Of a stretch of 18,213 bases of DNA, positions 1-8,018 are shown one piece after another; position 1 is the stretch's first letter, and every line of letters starts with the position of its first letter. The stretch is taken from the NCBI GenBank assembly GCA_031364845.1, contig JANLWX010000017.1, forward strand, positions 1 through 18,213. The letters run 5' to 3'. The DNA is from Candidatus Eiseniibacteriota bacterium. Lineage in GTDB: Bacteria; Eisenbacteria; RBG-16-71-46. Position numbers and translations under genes: made by a program. Under the pieces are notes generated by a model. It was not told the DNA's origin, searched no databases, and worked only from the letters and a program-made list of their open reading frames with translations.

Positions 1-1
1 C

Positions 2-1006
2 GGCGGCGAGGAAGGATTCCGCCGCCAGCTCGCGAGCGAGAACACCAGCGAGGAGAAGCTGCGCGAGAAGTTCAAGGGCGAGATCCAGCGCCAGATCATC
101 GGCCGCAAGCTGATGTCGAAGATGCTGCCGAAGAAGACCGTAACCGCGGCCGAAGCCGAAACCTATTTCGCGGCGAACCGCGCCAAGTTTCCGAAGCTGC
201 CGGCGGAACTCAAGCTGTCGCTGATCCAGATCCCGGCCACGCCCGATTCGGTGACCGACGCGAAGGCGCGGGTGAAGGCGCTCGCGCTGCGCAAGCGCAT
301 CGCCGCCGGCGAGAAGTTCGCGAAGGTGGCGGCCGAAGCGTCGGAGGATCCGGCGACCATGAAGAACGGCGGCGATCTCGGCTTCTTCGGACGCGGCCTG
401 CTCGACACGCCGCTCGAAGAAGCGGTGTTCACGCTCAAGATCGGCGAGTTGAGCCCGCCGGTGCATTCGTCGGCGGGATGGCATCTGGTCGAGGTGATGG
501 AGCGCGACACGCTGAAGAACCGTGCGGGCCGCGACAGCACCGACGCCCGCGGCCGGCCCGCGATCGAAGTGCATGCGCGCCACATTCTGGTGCGCGTGCC
601 GCTCGGCGAAGCCGATGCCGAGCGCGCGAAGAAGCTCGCCGACCGCGTGCGTTCGCAGGCGGTGAAGGGCACGCCGTTCGAAGATCTCGCCAAGCGCTAC
701 AGCAAGTACGACGGCCCGGCCGGCGAGGGCGGCGACCTCGGATTCGTCTCGCTCGGCACGCTCCAGCCGCACATCCGCGCCGGACTCGATTCGCTGCCCG
801 TCGGCGGCATGAGTGAAGTGCTGATCAACGCCGCGGGCTTCAACATCTTCAAGGTCACCGAGCGCAAGGACGAGCGCGAGTACCAGCTCGAAGAGATCCG
901 CGACGAGCTGCCCAACGCGGTCGCGGACATGCGCCAGCGTGAACGGTACGACGAATGGATCAAGACGCTGCGCAGCAAGGCGCACATCGAGATCCGTCAA
1001 AGTTGA
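2..1006 (+). CDS. SurA-like peptidyl-prolyl isomerase/chaperone with two parvulin domains (5' truncated)
   Basis: Frame is open from base 2 (GGEEGFRRQLASEN...). Parvulin motifs: FAKVAAEASED..GGDLGFF..GWHLVEV and HARHILV..FEDLAKRYS..GGDLGFV. Ends with SurA/PrsA-type YDEWIKTLRSKAHIEIR. Confidence 0.85.
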   Translation, partial: GGEEGFRRQLASENTSEEKLREKFKGEIQRQIIGRKLMSKMLPKKTVTAAEAETYFAANRAKFPKLPAELKLSLIQIPATPDSVTDAKARVKALALRKRIAAGEKFAKVAAEASEDPATMKNGGDLGFFGRGLLDTPLEEAVFTLKIGELSPPVHSSAGWHLVEVMERDTLKNRAGRDSTDARGRPAIEVHARHILVRVPLGEADAERAKKLADRVRSQAVKGTPFEDLAKRYSKYDGPAGEGGDLGFVSLGTLQPHIRAGLDSLPVGGMSEVLINAAGFNIFKVTERKDEREYQLEEIRDELPNAVADMRQRERYDEWIKTLRSKAHIEIRQS

Positions 1007-1032
1007 ACGGGGCTCGGGGAGCGGCGATCGCG

Positions 1033-1061
1033 TTGAGGCACGCCGCTCCCTCTGCTACGGT
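1033..1061 (+). promoter_or_regulatory. Putative sigma70-type promoter for ftsEX-envC
   Basis: TTGAGG (1033-1038), 17 nt spacer, TACGGT (1056-1061) preceded by TGn. The ftsE ATG follows 9 nt later with no SD. Confidence 0.5.
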
Positions 1062-1070
1062 GCCGATCGG

Positions 1071-1808
1071 ATGATCACCTTCGAGCATGTCTCCCGCCGC
1101 CATGGAGAGCGCGTGGCGCTCGATTCGATTTCGTGGCACATGGACGAGGGGGAGTGCGTCGTGTTCCTCGGCCACAGTGGCGCCGGGAAGACGTCCATCC
1201 TCAAGCTCATCACCCACGAAGTCCGCCCCACCTCCGGGCTCGTGACCGTCGGCACGTTCCGCAGCAGCCGGATCTCGCGTTCACAGCGCGCGCTGCTGCG
1301 CCGCACGATCGGAATCGTCTACGAGGACTTCCGGTTGCTGTCCGACCGCACGGTGTTCGAGAACATCGCGCTCGCCGTGCGCATCATGGGCAAGTATTCG
1401 GTCGAGGACGTGGTGCCGCTCGTCAGCCGCGCGCTCCACGAAGTCGGCCTCGACGGGAAGCAGAACGCGTTCCCTTCCGAACTCTCCGGCGGCGAGAAGC
1501 AGCGCGCCGCGATCGCGCGCGCGATCGTGAACCGGCCGGCGGTGCTGCTGGCCGACGAGCCGACCGGAGCACTCGAGAAGAAGAGCGCGGACGACATTCT
1601 GGCGCTGCTGTCGCGGATTCATCGCGAAGGCGCGGCCCTGCTGCTCGTGACCACCAATCCGGCGGTCGCGCACGCGCTCGGCGGCCGGGTGATGACGCTC
1701 GAAGAGGGTCGCATCATCGCCGGCGATCCGCGCATGCCGCGGACCGCCGCGCGGCCGGAAACGGGCCGCAGCACGCCCCCCGGCCTCACCACCGCGAACG
1801 GAGCCTGA
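1071..1808 (+). CDS. ftsE: Cell division ABC ATPase FtsE (non-canonical Q-, D- and H-loop residues)
   Basis: MITFEHVS start, Walker A GHSGAGKTS, FtsE-like LRRTIGIVYEDFRLLSDRTVFENIA, signature LSGGEKQR, Walker B LLADEPTG. Directly upstream of ftsX. Confidence 0.88.
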   Translation: MITFEHVSRRHGERVALDSISWHMDEGECVVFLGHSGAGKTSILKLITHEVRPTSGLVTVGTFRSSRISRSQRALLRRTIGIVYEDFRLLSDRTVFENIALAVRIMGKYSVEDVVPLVSRALHEVGLDGKQNAFPSELSGGEKQRAAIARAIVNRPAVLLADEPTGALEKKSADDILALLSRIHREGAALLLVTTNPAVAHALGGRVMTLEEGRIIAGDPRMPRTAARPETGRSTPPGLTTANGA

Positions 1809-1810
1809 GG

Positions 1811-2668
1811 ATGCACGTGTTCTTCTTCCGCGAGGCCTGGCGATCGTTCATGCACCATCGCGGCCTCGCCTACACCGCGATCCTGGCACTCACCGCGGCC
1901 CTCGCGCTCTCGGGGCTGTTCGTGCTGCTGGCCCACAATGCGCGCGTCGGGCTCCAACTGGTGGGCGACCGGCGCGAGATGGTCGTGTACCTCAACGACG
2001 GCGTGAGCACCGCGCAGCGCGAGGAGTTGATGCGCCGTCTGGGCGAGCTCTACGGGAGCGTCGCCTACGTCAGCAAGGACGAGGCGTGGAAGGAATTCTC
2101 CGATCAGATCGGGGATCCGGGGCTTCTGGAATCGGTCGGCGGCAATCCGCTGCCGTCGTCGCTGCGCGTCAAGCTGCGTCCCGAGCTGCTGAATTACGAA
2201 GAGATGGAGAAGGCGTCGCAGCAGGTGTCGCAATTCCCTGAAGTCGAGGACGTGCGCTACGGCGGCGACTGGGTACGGCGCCTCGATGAGATCAAGAACG
2301 GCCTGATCCGCGGAGCGATCGCGGTCGGCTCGGTGGTGGCGCTGGCGGTGGTGTTCGTGCTCTACAACACGATCCGCCTCACCGTGCTCGCGCGCCGCCC
2401 GCAGGTCGAGATCATGAGCCGCCTCGGAGCGTCCGATCGCTTCATCGCCACGCCGTTCGTGATCGAGGCGATGCTCGAAGCGCTGATCTCGGGCGCGCTC
2501 GCGCTGACGCTCGTGTTCGTGTTCCACCAGGCACTGGCCGCTCAGATCGGCTACATCTCGTTCCTGCCGTGGACGTGGGCCGCGCTGTTTCTCGGCGCCG
2601 TCGTCATGCTCGGCTGGCTCGCCGCCATGCTCGCATTGACGAGGGTGCTGCGCTCGGTCGGCGCATGA
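1811..2668 (+). CDS. ftsX: Cell division permease-like protein FtsX
   Basis: N-terminal TM, extracytoplasmic domain with YVSKDEA and NPLPSSLRV, NTIRLTVLARRPQVEIMSRLGASDRFIATPFVIEA, C-terminal TMs. ATG is 2 nt after the ftsE stop. Confidence 0.92.
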   Translation: MHVFFFREAWRSFMHHRGLAYTAILALTAALALSGLFVLLAHNARVGLQLVGDRREMVVYLNDGVSTAQREELMRRLGELYGSVAYVSKDEAWKEFSDQIGDPGLLESVGGNPLPSSLRVKLRPELLNYEEMEKASQQVSQFPEVEDVRYGGDWVRRLDEIKNGLIRGAIAVGSVVALAVVFVLYNTIRLTVLARRPQVEIMSRLGASDRFIATPFVIEAMLEALISGALALTLVFVFHQALAAQIGYISFLPWTWAALFLGAVVMLGWLAAMLALTRVLRSVGA

Positions 2669-3852
2669 AACGCCTCGTGCTCGCGGCCCTCGCCGCGCTC
2701 GTGCTGGGGGCGGCGGTTACCGGCGCAGGCGCCCAGGACAGCCTCGAGGCCGCCAAGCGGGCCGAGTTGGACCGCATCCAGCGCGAAGTCCAGGAGAACC
2801 GCAAGGCGGCCGAGCGCCTGCGCGGGCAGGAGAAGAAGGAACTGGTCAAGCTCAAGCGCGCCGAGCGCGAGCTGAGCGCCACGCGCAAGCGGCTGCGATC
2901 GCTCCAGAGCCGCAGCACCACCATCGATCGCGAACTCGGAGTGACGCGCGCGAATCTCGACCGCAGCGTCGCCTCGCTCGGAAGTCAGCGGCAGAAGCTC
3001 GCGCGGCGCCTGCGCAATGTCTACAAGTTCGGAGCGGGCCGCGAACTCGAATTCCTGCTCTCGACGCGATCGTTCGCCCAGCTGCTCACGCGCTGGGACT
3101 TTCTCGTGATGATCGCCGAACAGGACCGCATGATGATGGAAGGCATCCAGACCGAGAAGGAGCGCGTCGAGGCGAGCCAGGTGCGTCTCGAGCGCAACCT
3201 GACCGAGGTCCAGCGCAACGCGCTGCGTACGACGCGCGAGAACCAGCGGCTCGCAGGACTGCGCCAGGAGCGTCAGCAGTCGGTGCGCACGATCCAGACC
3301 CAGCGTCAGGCGTACGAAGCTGCCGCCGCGGAACTGGAGAAGACCGCGCGCGCGACCCAGCGCCTGCTGGCGCAGCTCGAACGCAAGCGCCGCGAGGAAT
3401 CGGACAAGGCGCGCACGGAAGGCCGCGTGCCGCAGCCCTACACCGGAAACTTCGCGCAGGGTCAGGGCCGGCTCGACTGGCCGCTGCGGGGCAAGGTGAT
3501 CGGACGCTTCGGGCCGGAAGTGCACCCCAAGTGGGGGACGCGGATCCAGAACAACGGCATCGACATTGAGGTTTCGATCGGAACCGCGGTGCGCGCGGTC
3601 GCGAAGGGCCGCGTCGACTACGTGAGCGAGGACTTCGGCACCTACGGCGAAATGGTGATCCTGAATCACGGCGACGGCTACTACACGCTCTACGGCCACC
3701 TGTCGTCGATCGCGGTGTCGGTCGGCCACGAAGTGCAATCCGGACAGTTGATCGCCCAGTCCGGCGACAGCGGTTCGCTCAAGGGTCCGATCCTCCACTT
3801 CGAGGTCCGCAAGGGCGGCGCCTCGCTCGATCCCGAGGCGTGGCTGGAGTAG
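2665..3852 (+). CDS. envC: EnvC-like murein hydrolase activator (signal peptide, coiled coil, degenerate M23/LytM domain)
   Basis: ATGA overlap with the ftsX stop, signal peptide MKRLVLAALAALVLGAAVTGAGA, long coiled coil, LDWPLRGKVIGRFG..NNGIDI..YTLYGHL..LHFEVR..DPEAWL. Zn-ligand histidines of the HxxxD and HxH motifs are partly replaced, as in EnvC. Confidence 0.85.
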   Translation: MKRLVLAALAALVLGAAVTGAGAQDSLEAAKRAELDRIQREVQENRKAAERLRGQEKKELVKLKRAERELSATRKRLRSLQSRSTTIDRELGVTRANLDRSVASLGSQRQKLARRLRNVYKFGAGRELEFLLSTRSFAQLLTRWDFLVMIAEQDRMMMEGIQTEKERVEASQVRLERNLTEVQRNALRTTRENQRLAGLRQERQQSVRTIQTQRQAYEAAAAELEKTARATQRLLAQLERKRREESDKARTEGRVPQPYTGNFAQGQGRLDWPLRGKVIGRFGPEVHPKWGTRIQNNGIDIEVSIGTAVRAVAKGRVDYVSEDFGTYGEMVILNHGDGYYTLYGHLSSIAVSVGHEVQSGQLIAQSGDSGSLKGPILHFEVRKGGASLDPEAWLE

Positions 3853-3962
3853 GTTGGTCGCGGCGCGCTCGAATCACCATTGCCGCAGCACCGGCGGCAC
3901 GATCCGGTGATCGCGGGTTGTGCCGGGCTTGATTCACCCACATCTCAGGAAAGGTCCACGCC

Positions 3963-5165
3963 GTGGCGGGCATCCTGCTCTCGCAACTGATCGGACAACC
4001 CGCCGCCCAGACCTTCCTGCGCCACACGGTCGAGAGCGGCCGCTACGCCAATGCCTACCTGCTCCACGGCCCGCCCGGCGTCGGCAAAGGCACCGCGGCC
4101 ATCGCGTTCGCACGCGCCCTGCTGTGCAACTCGCGCGGCGTGCTCCCGCAGGGCGGGCTGTTCGATACCGCACCCGCGGCCGTTCCCGCGGGCCCGCCCG
4201 ACGACGCATGCGGCGTGTGCTCGGCGTGCACCAAGACCCTGGGCCTTCAGCATCCGGATTTGAAGTTCCTGTTCCCGGTTTCGGGCGAAGAGAAGGAACT
4301 CGACAAGACGATCGTGGAAACGATCGAATCGTGGCGCGAGGATCCGCTGTTCGTGTTCACGTACGACAAAGCGGCATCGATTCGCATCTCGCTCACCCGC
4401 GAGCTGCTGCGCGAGCTGGCGTTCAAGCCGTACGAAGCCGTGCGGCGCGTGGTCGTCGTGCGCGACGCCGACCGCATGCGCGAGGACCAGTACTCGGCGA
4501 TGCTCAAATCGATCGAGGAGCCGGGCGCATCCACGGTGTGGGTGCTCACGACGGCGCGGCTCGCGAAATTGCCGGCGACGATCCGCTCGCGCACGCAGCG
4601 GGTACGCTTCGCCCCGTTCACCGAAGCGCTGGTGCGCGAGTTCGTCGAGACGCGCGCCGGTGTCGACAACCCCACGGCCCGTATACTCGCGGCGCTGTCG
4701 GGCGGTTCGCTCGCGCGCGCGCTCACGCTGCGAAACGAGCCCGAGCCGCTCAAAGTGCGCAATCAGGCGCTCGCGATGCTCGAGCCCGCGACTCGCGGGG
4801 ACGGCCGGGGGCTATGGACCGCGATCACCAGCTTCAACGCGTTCGGGCGCGCGGGCCGCGAGAAGCTGCGGCGGCTGATCGAGTTCCAGGAGCTGTGGCA
4901 GCGCGACTTGCTGCGGGCGCATTACGGCGCCGCGAAGGAAGATCTGGTCAATCGCGATCGCGAGCCTGAGATCCGCCGGCAGGCGGCCACGATCGAAGCC
5001 ACGGAAATCCGCCGCCGGCTGATGGCGCTCGAAGAGGCGTTGCGCGCGATCGAGGGCAACATCACGCCCGATCTGGCGCTGTTCTCGGCATTGATGCGGG
5101 TCGCGGATCCCGCGTTCGAGACGCGCGCGTGGCCGGCGCATGCCGCGGGCCGCTGGCGCTACTGA
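3963..5165 (+). CDS. holB: DNA polymerase III subunit delta'
   Basis: GTG start after GAAAGG. AYLLHGPPGVGKG, ARALLC..CGVCSAC zinc module, HPDL, MLKSIEEP, LPATIRSR. Upstream of the PSP1/ricT gene. Confidence 0.9.
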   Translation: MAGILLSQLIGQPAAQTFLRHTVESGRYANAYLLHGPPGVGKGTAAIAFARALLCNSRGVLPQGGLFDTAPAAVPAGPPDDACGVCSACTKTLGLQHPDLKFLFPVSGEEKELDKTIVETIESWREDPLFVFTYDKAASIRISLTRELLRELAFKPYEAVRRVVVVRDADRMREDQYSAMLKSIEEPGASTVWVLTTARLAKLPATIRSRTQRVRFAPFTEALVREFVETRAGVDNPTARILAALSGGSLARALTLRNEPEPLKVRNQALAMLEPATRGDGRGLWTAITSFNAFGRAGREKLRRLIEFQELWQRDLLRAHYGAAKEDLVNRDREPEIRRQAATIEATEIRRRLMALEEALRAIEGNITPDLALFSALMRVADPAFETRAWPAHAAGRWRY

Positions 5166-5192
5166 CCCGCAACAAACCGGGCGATCGAGACA

Positions 5193-5235
5193 CAACACGA
5201 CGGCCACCCCGAGAGAGAGGTGGCCGATCGCGTTG
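5193..5235 (-). terminator. Stem-loop between convergent holB and secreted-protein genes (probable terminator)
   Basis: CGGCCACC (5201-5208) / GGTGGCCG (5219-5226) perfect 8 bp, extended by CAACGCGA/TCGTGTTG (one G-U) on the minus strand. U-tail is weak. Confidence 0.55.
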
Positions 5236-5248
5236 GAAGAGATTGCGA

Positions 5249-6094
5249 TTACCGGTACAGGTTCTTGATCCGGCCCCAGCTCGACTTGGCCGTCGGCGTC
5301 GCGGTCACGGCGGTGAATTCCCATCCGAAGCTGACGGGCGGAGTACCACCAAAATTGAACAGCGATCCGGCAGGGTTGCTGACGTTGAAGAACGATCCCG
5401 CCGCGGTCGTCACGTAACCGAGGTCATCCGAGAATCCGATGTCCGCCGGATCGAAGATGCCCTGACCGAGATTGTCCATCTGAGCCAGCGTCGCGCCCGT
5501 TGCGCCGCTGTTGTTGTCGAACGTGATTCCGGCCCAGAACGGCGCGGAAGCATCCGGCATCGTGAACAGCGCAGGACCCAGCGTTCCGGTCACGGTTGTC
5601 ACGCCCGGCGCGTAGAGCAACGCGTTGAACGAGAATCCGACCGGCGCCGGCACGTTGTAGTACGTGCCCGGAACACCCGCGTTATCGAACCAGAAGCGAA
5701 CGCGCGCGCGCGCCGAGACGGCGGTTGCGTTGAAGTTCGCGACCGAGAACTTGATCTGCACGACGTCTTCGCCGGCATTGGCACCGGTCGGAAGAATGTC
5801 GTCCATCACCAGTCGCGTGATCAGATTGGCGCCCTGCAGCGCCGTTCCGCCATTGATGAAGCCGGATCCAAGGAAGTTCGTCACGTTCGAGTACTCGACG
5901 GTGTCGAGGAACGTGCGGCCCTTGGAGGGCGATCCGAGGGACATGTGATCCTCGACAGAGAGGTCACCAGACGGATATTCGGTGGCGGCGGATGCTGCGG
6001 AAGCGATCAGCAGTAGCGAAGCGACAAATGCATTCCTCCACAGGTGGATACGGCTCGCTGGCGCAGCGGCGAGAAGGCGATGAAGGGGTTCCAT
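5249..6094 (-). CDS. Secreted hypothetical protein (281 aa) with C-terminal TPTAKSSWGRIKNLYR tail
   Basis: ATG at 6094 with GGAGG upstream. Signal-peptide-like WRNAFVASLLLIASAASA, G/T/F/N-rich body, short T/P/A linker, then SWGRIKNLYR-stop. Confidence 0.8.
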   Translation of the reverse strand: MEPLHRLLAAAPASRIHLWRNAFVASLLLIASAASAATEYPSGDLSVEDHMSLGSPSKGRTFLDTVEYSNVTNFLGSGFINGGTALQGANLITRLVMDDILPTGANAGEDVVQIKFSVANFNATAVSARARVRFWFDNAGVPGTYYNVPAPVGFSFNALLYAPGVTTVTGTLGPALFTMPDASAPFWAGITFDNNSGATGATLAQMDNLGQGIFDPADIGFSDDLGYVTTAAGSFFNVSNPAGSLFNFGGTPPVSFGWEFTAVTATPTAKSSWGRIKNLYR

Positions 6095-6412
6095 CGAAAC
6101 CTCCATTACGGGTCGGGCAAATGCCCGGAGTACTACGTGAGCATCACAGGGGATGCCACGCAGAGAATACTGCGGGATATTCCTTCCGGGATACAACGAT
6201 CTCACGAGCCGGCCGTGAATCGTGCCGAAGGCTCCGGGTGTTTCGATGGGACGAAACTTCGTCTTGTGGCTGGCGACTCTTTCGGGCTGAAGGCCGCATT
6301 CAGCGCCTGCCCTCGAGCAATCTCCCGGCGAAATTCCCTCCGGGCGCGTCCAAGCCGGGCTGGATTTTGGTTAGCGCCGTGCCGAAAACCGCAGCAGGAG
6401 GATCGCGCGATC

Positions 6413-6841
6413 ATGTCCGAATCGAATCAATCGACTGCTGCTGACGACGGCCTGTGCATCGTTCGGTTCGGAGACTTGCATGAACCGCAGGGCAGCGTTC
6501 GGCGTATGGTTGCCGCCGTCCCGGCGACCGCCCGCGCGGGTGTGGCGGGAGGCGCGAACGGCCTCGAACGCGTGCCGATGCTCGATGCGATCGACGACCT
6601 GCGCCGGACGAGCTTCGCCATCGAAGCGCTCGAGGTCGTCCGCGCGGTGTGCGAGCGCCCGCAGTACACGATCGAGCGGCGATCCTACGAGCGTGGAATC
6701 GGCGAGGCTGCCGGGCAGTGGTGCATGCGCAGCCATCATCAGGCGCGCGACTTCGTTGCGATGTTCGCGGACCCGGGCGACGGCAGCGTGCGCTTCATCC
6801 TCGTGGTCACCGAAGCCGAGGGCCTCCGCAAAGCGGCCTGA
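6413..6841 (+). CDS. Hypothetical protein, 142 aa, possibly PAS-like fold
   Basis: AGGAGG at 6396-6401 before ATG 6413. GC3-rich codons. C-terminal FVAMFADPGDGSVRFILVVTE resembles the last beta-hairpin of PAS domains. Confidence 0.65.
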   Translation: MSESNQSTAADDGLCIVRFGDLHEPQGSVRRMVAAVPATARAGVAGGANGLERVPMLDAIDDLRRTSFAIEALEVVRAVCERPQYTIERRSYERGIGEAAGQWCMRSHHQARDFVAMFADPGDGSVRFILVVTEAEGLRKAA

Positions 6842-7053
6842 GCTTCGATGCGCCTCCGGGCGCCCTGAGCTATGCTCCCCCCAGTCGCTCGCATGGCGTC
6901 CGGATTCATCCGGGCCCAGGCGGGCTGTTCATAGCCGGATCGCGGCGGTGGACGGGAGTCGCAACCCTCCTTCGTGGCCCGGATTGATGTCGGTTCACTC
7001 CGCCGGTTATCCACCGGTGTTCGCGGGCGATGCTACGCCCGATAGAGGCGGTC

Positions 7054-7959
7054 ATGTCCGAGATCGTGCAGGTTTCACTGCGCGGTTCGCGTAAGGGTTT
7101 TTTCCTCAATTCCCGCAATCTGTGGCTCAAGCTTCGTGATCCGGTGATCGTTCAGGGCGAGCATGGCGAACTGATGGGCAAGGTCCATCTGCGCGGCTCA
7201 CTGGTCGAGTTGAAGCGTCCAGGTCACGTCACCAACGAGATCATCCGCAAGGCGACCGAAGAGGATCTGGATCAGGACGATCACAACCGCGAGCGCGAGC
7301 AGGAAGCCTACGAGTACTGCCAGCAGCGGATCGAGCTGCGCGAGTTGAAGATGAATCTGTCCGAGGTCGAGTTCGGCTTCTCAGGACACCGGATGACGTT
7401 CTTCTTCTCCGCCGAGCATCGGGTCGACTTCCGCGAGCTGGTGAAGGATCTGGCCTCGCGGTTCCACTGCCGCATCGAGTTGCGCCAGATCGGCATCCGC
7501 GACCAGGCCAAACGCCTCGACGGGTGCGGGCCGTGCGGCCGCGCGTTCTGCTGCTCGACGTGGCTCAAGGACTTCCATCCGGTCACCCTCAAGATGGCGC
7601 GCGAGCAGTCGCTGTCGCTCAACCCCGGCAAGATCTCGGGCGCGTGCGGGCGGCTGATGTGCTGCCTCGCCTACGAGTTGGTCCAGTATCGCGACAGCGC
7701 CGCGAAGATGCCGCCGGTCGGCGCCGAGATCCGCACCGGCAAGGGCCGCGTCTACGTCACGCGCAGCGAGCCCTATCAGGAAGCGGTGTGGGTGCGAGAC
7801 GACGAAGGCGCCGAACATCGGATCGCCTACGCCGACCTGCCGCCGGGGCCGTATCACAAGTGCGGCGACTGCAATTGCGGGGCGAAGAAGAAGCCGGGCT
7901 CAGACCCGCCCGACGACGGCCCGGTGGCGTGGGCGGACCCCGAGCCGCCGCCCGCCTGA
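7054..7959 (+). CDS. ricT: PSP1-domain protein, RicT/YaaT family
   Basis: GAGG SD. FFFSAEHRVDFRELVKDLASRFHCRIELRQIGIRDQAK, GPCGRAFCCSTWL, MAREQSLSLNPGKISGACGRLMCCLAYE. Confidence 0.92.
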   Translation: MSEIVQVSLRGSRKGFFLNSRNLWLKLRDPVIVQGEHGELMGKVHLRGSLVELKRPGHVTNEIIRKATEEDLDQDDHNREREQEAYEYCQQRIELRELKMNLSEVEFGFSGHRMTFFFSAEHRVDFRELVKDLASRFHCRIELRQIGIRDQAKRLDGCGPCGRAFCCSTWLKDFHPVTLKMAREQSLSLNPGKISGACGRLMCCLAYELVQYRDSAAKMPPVGAEIRTGKGRVYVTRSEPYQEAVWVRDDEGAEHRIAYADLPPGPYHKCGDCNCGAKKKPGSDPPDDGPVAWADPEPPPA

Positions 7960-8018
7960 GCCCGTGCGGCGCACTCGCGTCCCAAGGCTGTGTTCGGAAC
8001 CTGATCGAGGAGGCATTG

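Noticed and set aside
1133..1810. Long N-terminal extension of ftsX suggesting an ftsE-ftsX frameshift fusion
   Set aside because: ftsE ends normally at 1808 and ftsX has its own ATG at 1811. The extension is low-complexity off-frame sequence.
3550..3810. Missing Zn ligands in the M23 domain as a novelty
   Set aside because: This is expected for EnvC-type amidase activators.
7524..8018. N-terminal extension of the RidA ORF
   Set aside because: It overlaps ricT out of frame, and a strong SD supports a start at about 8019.
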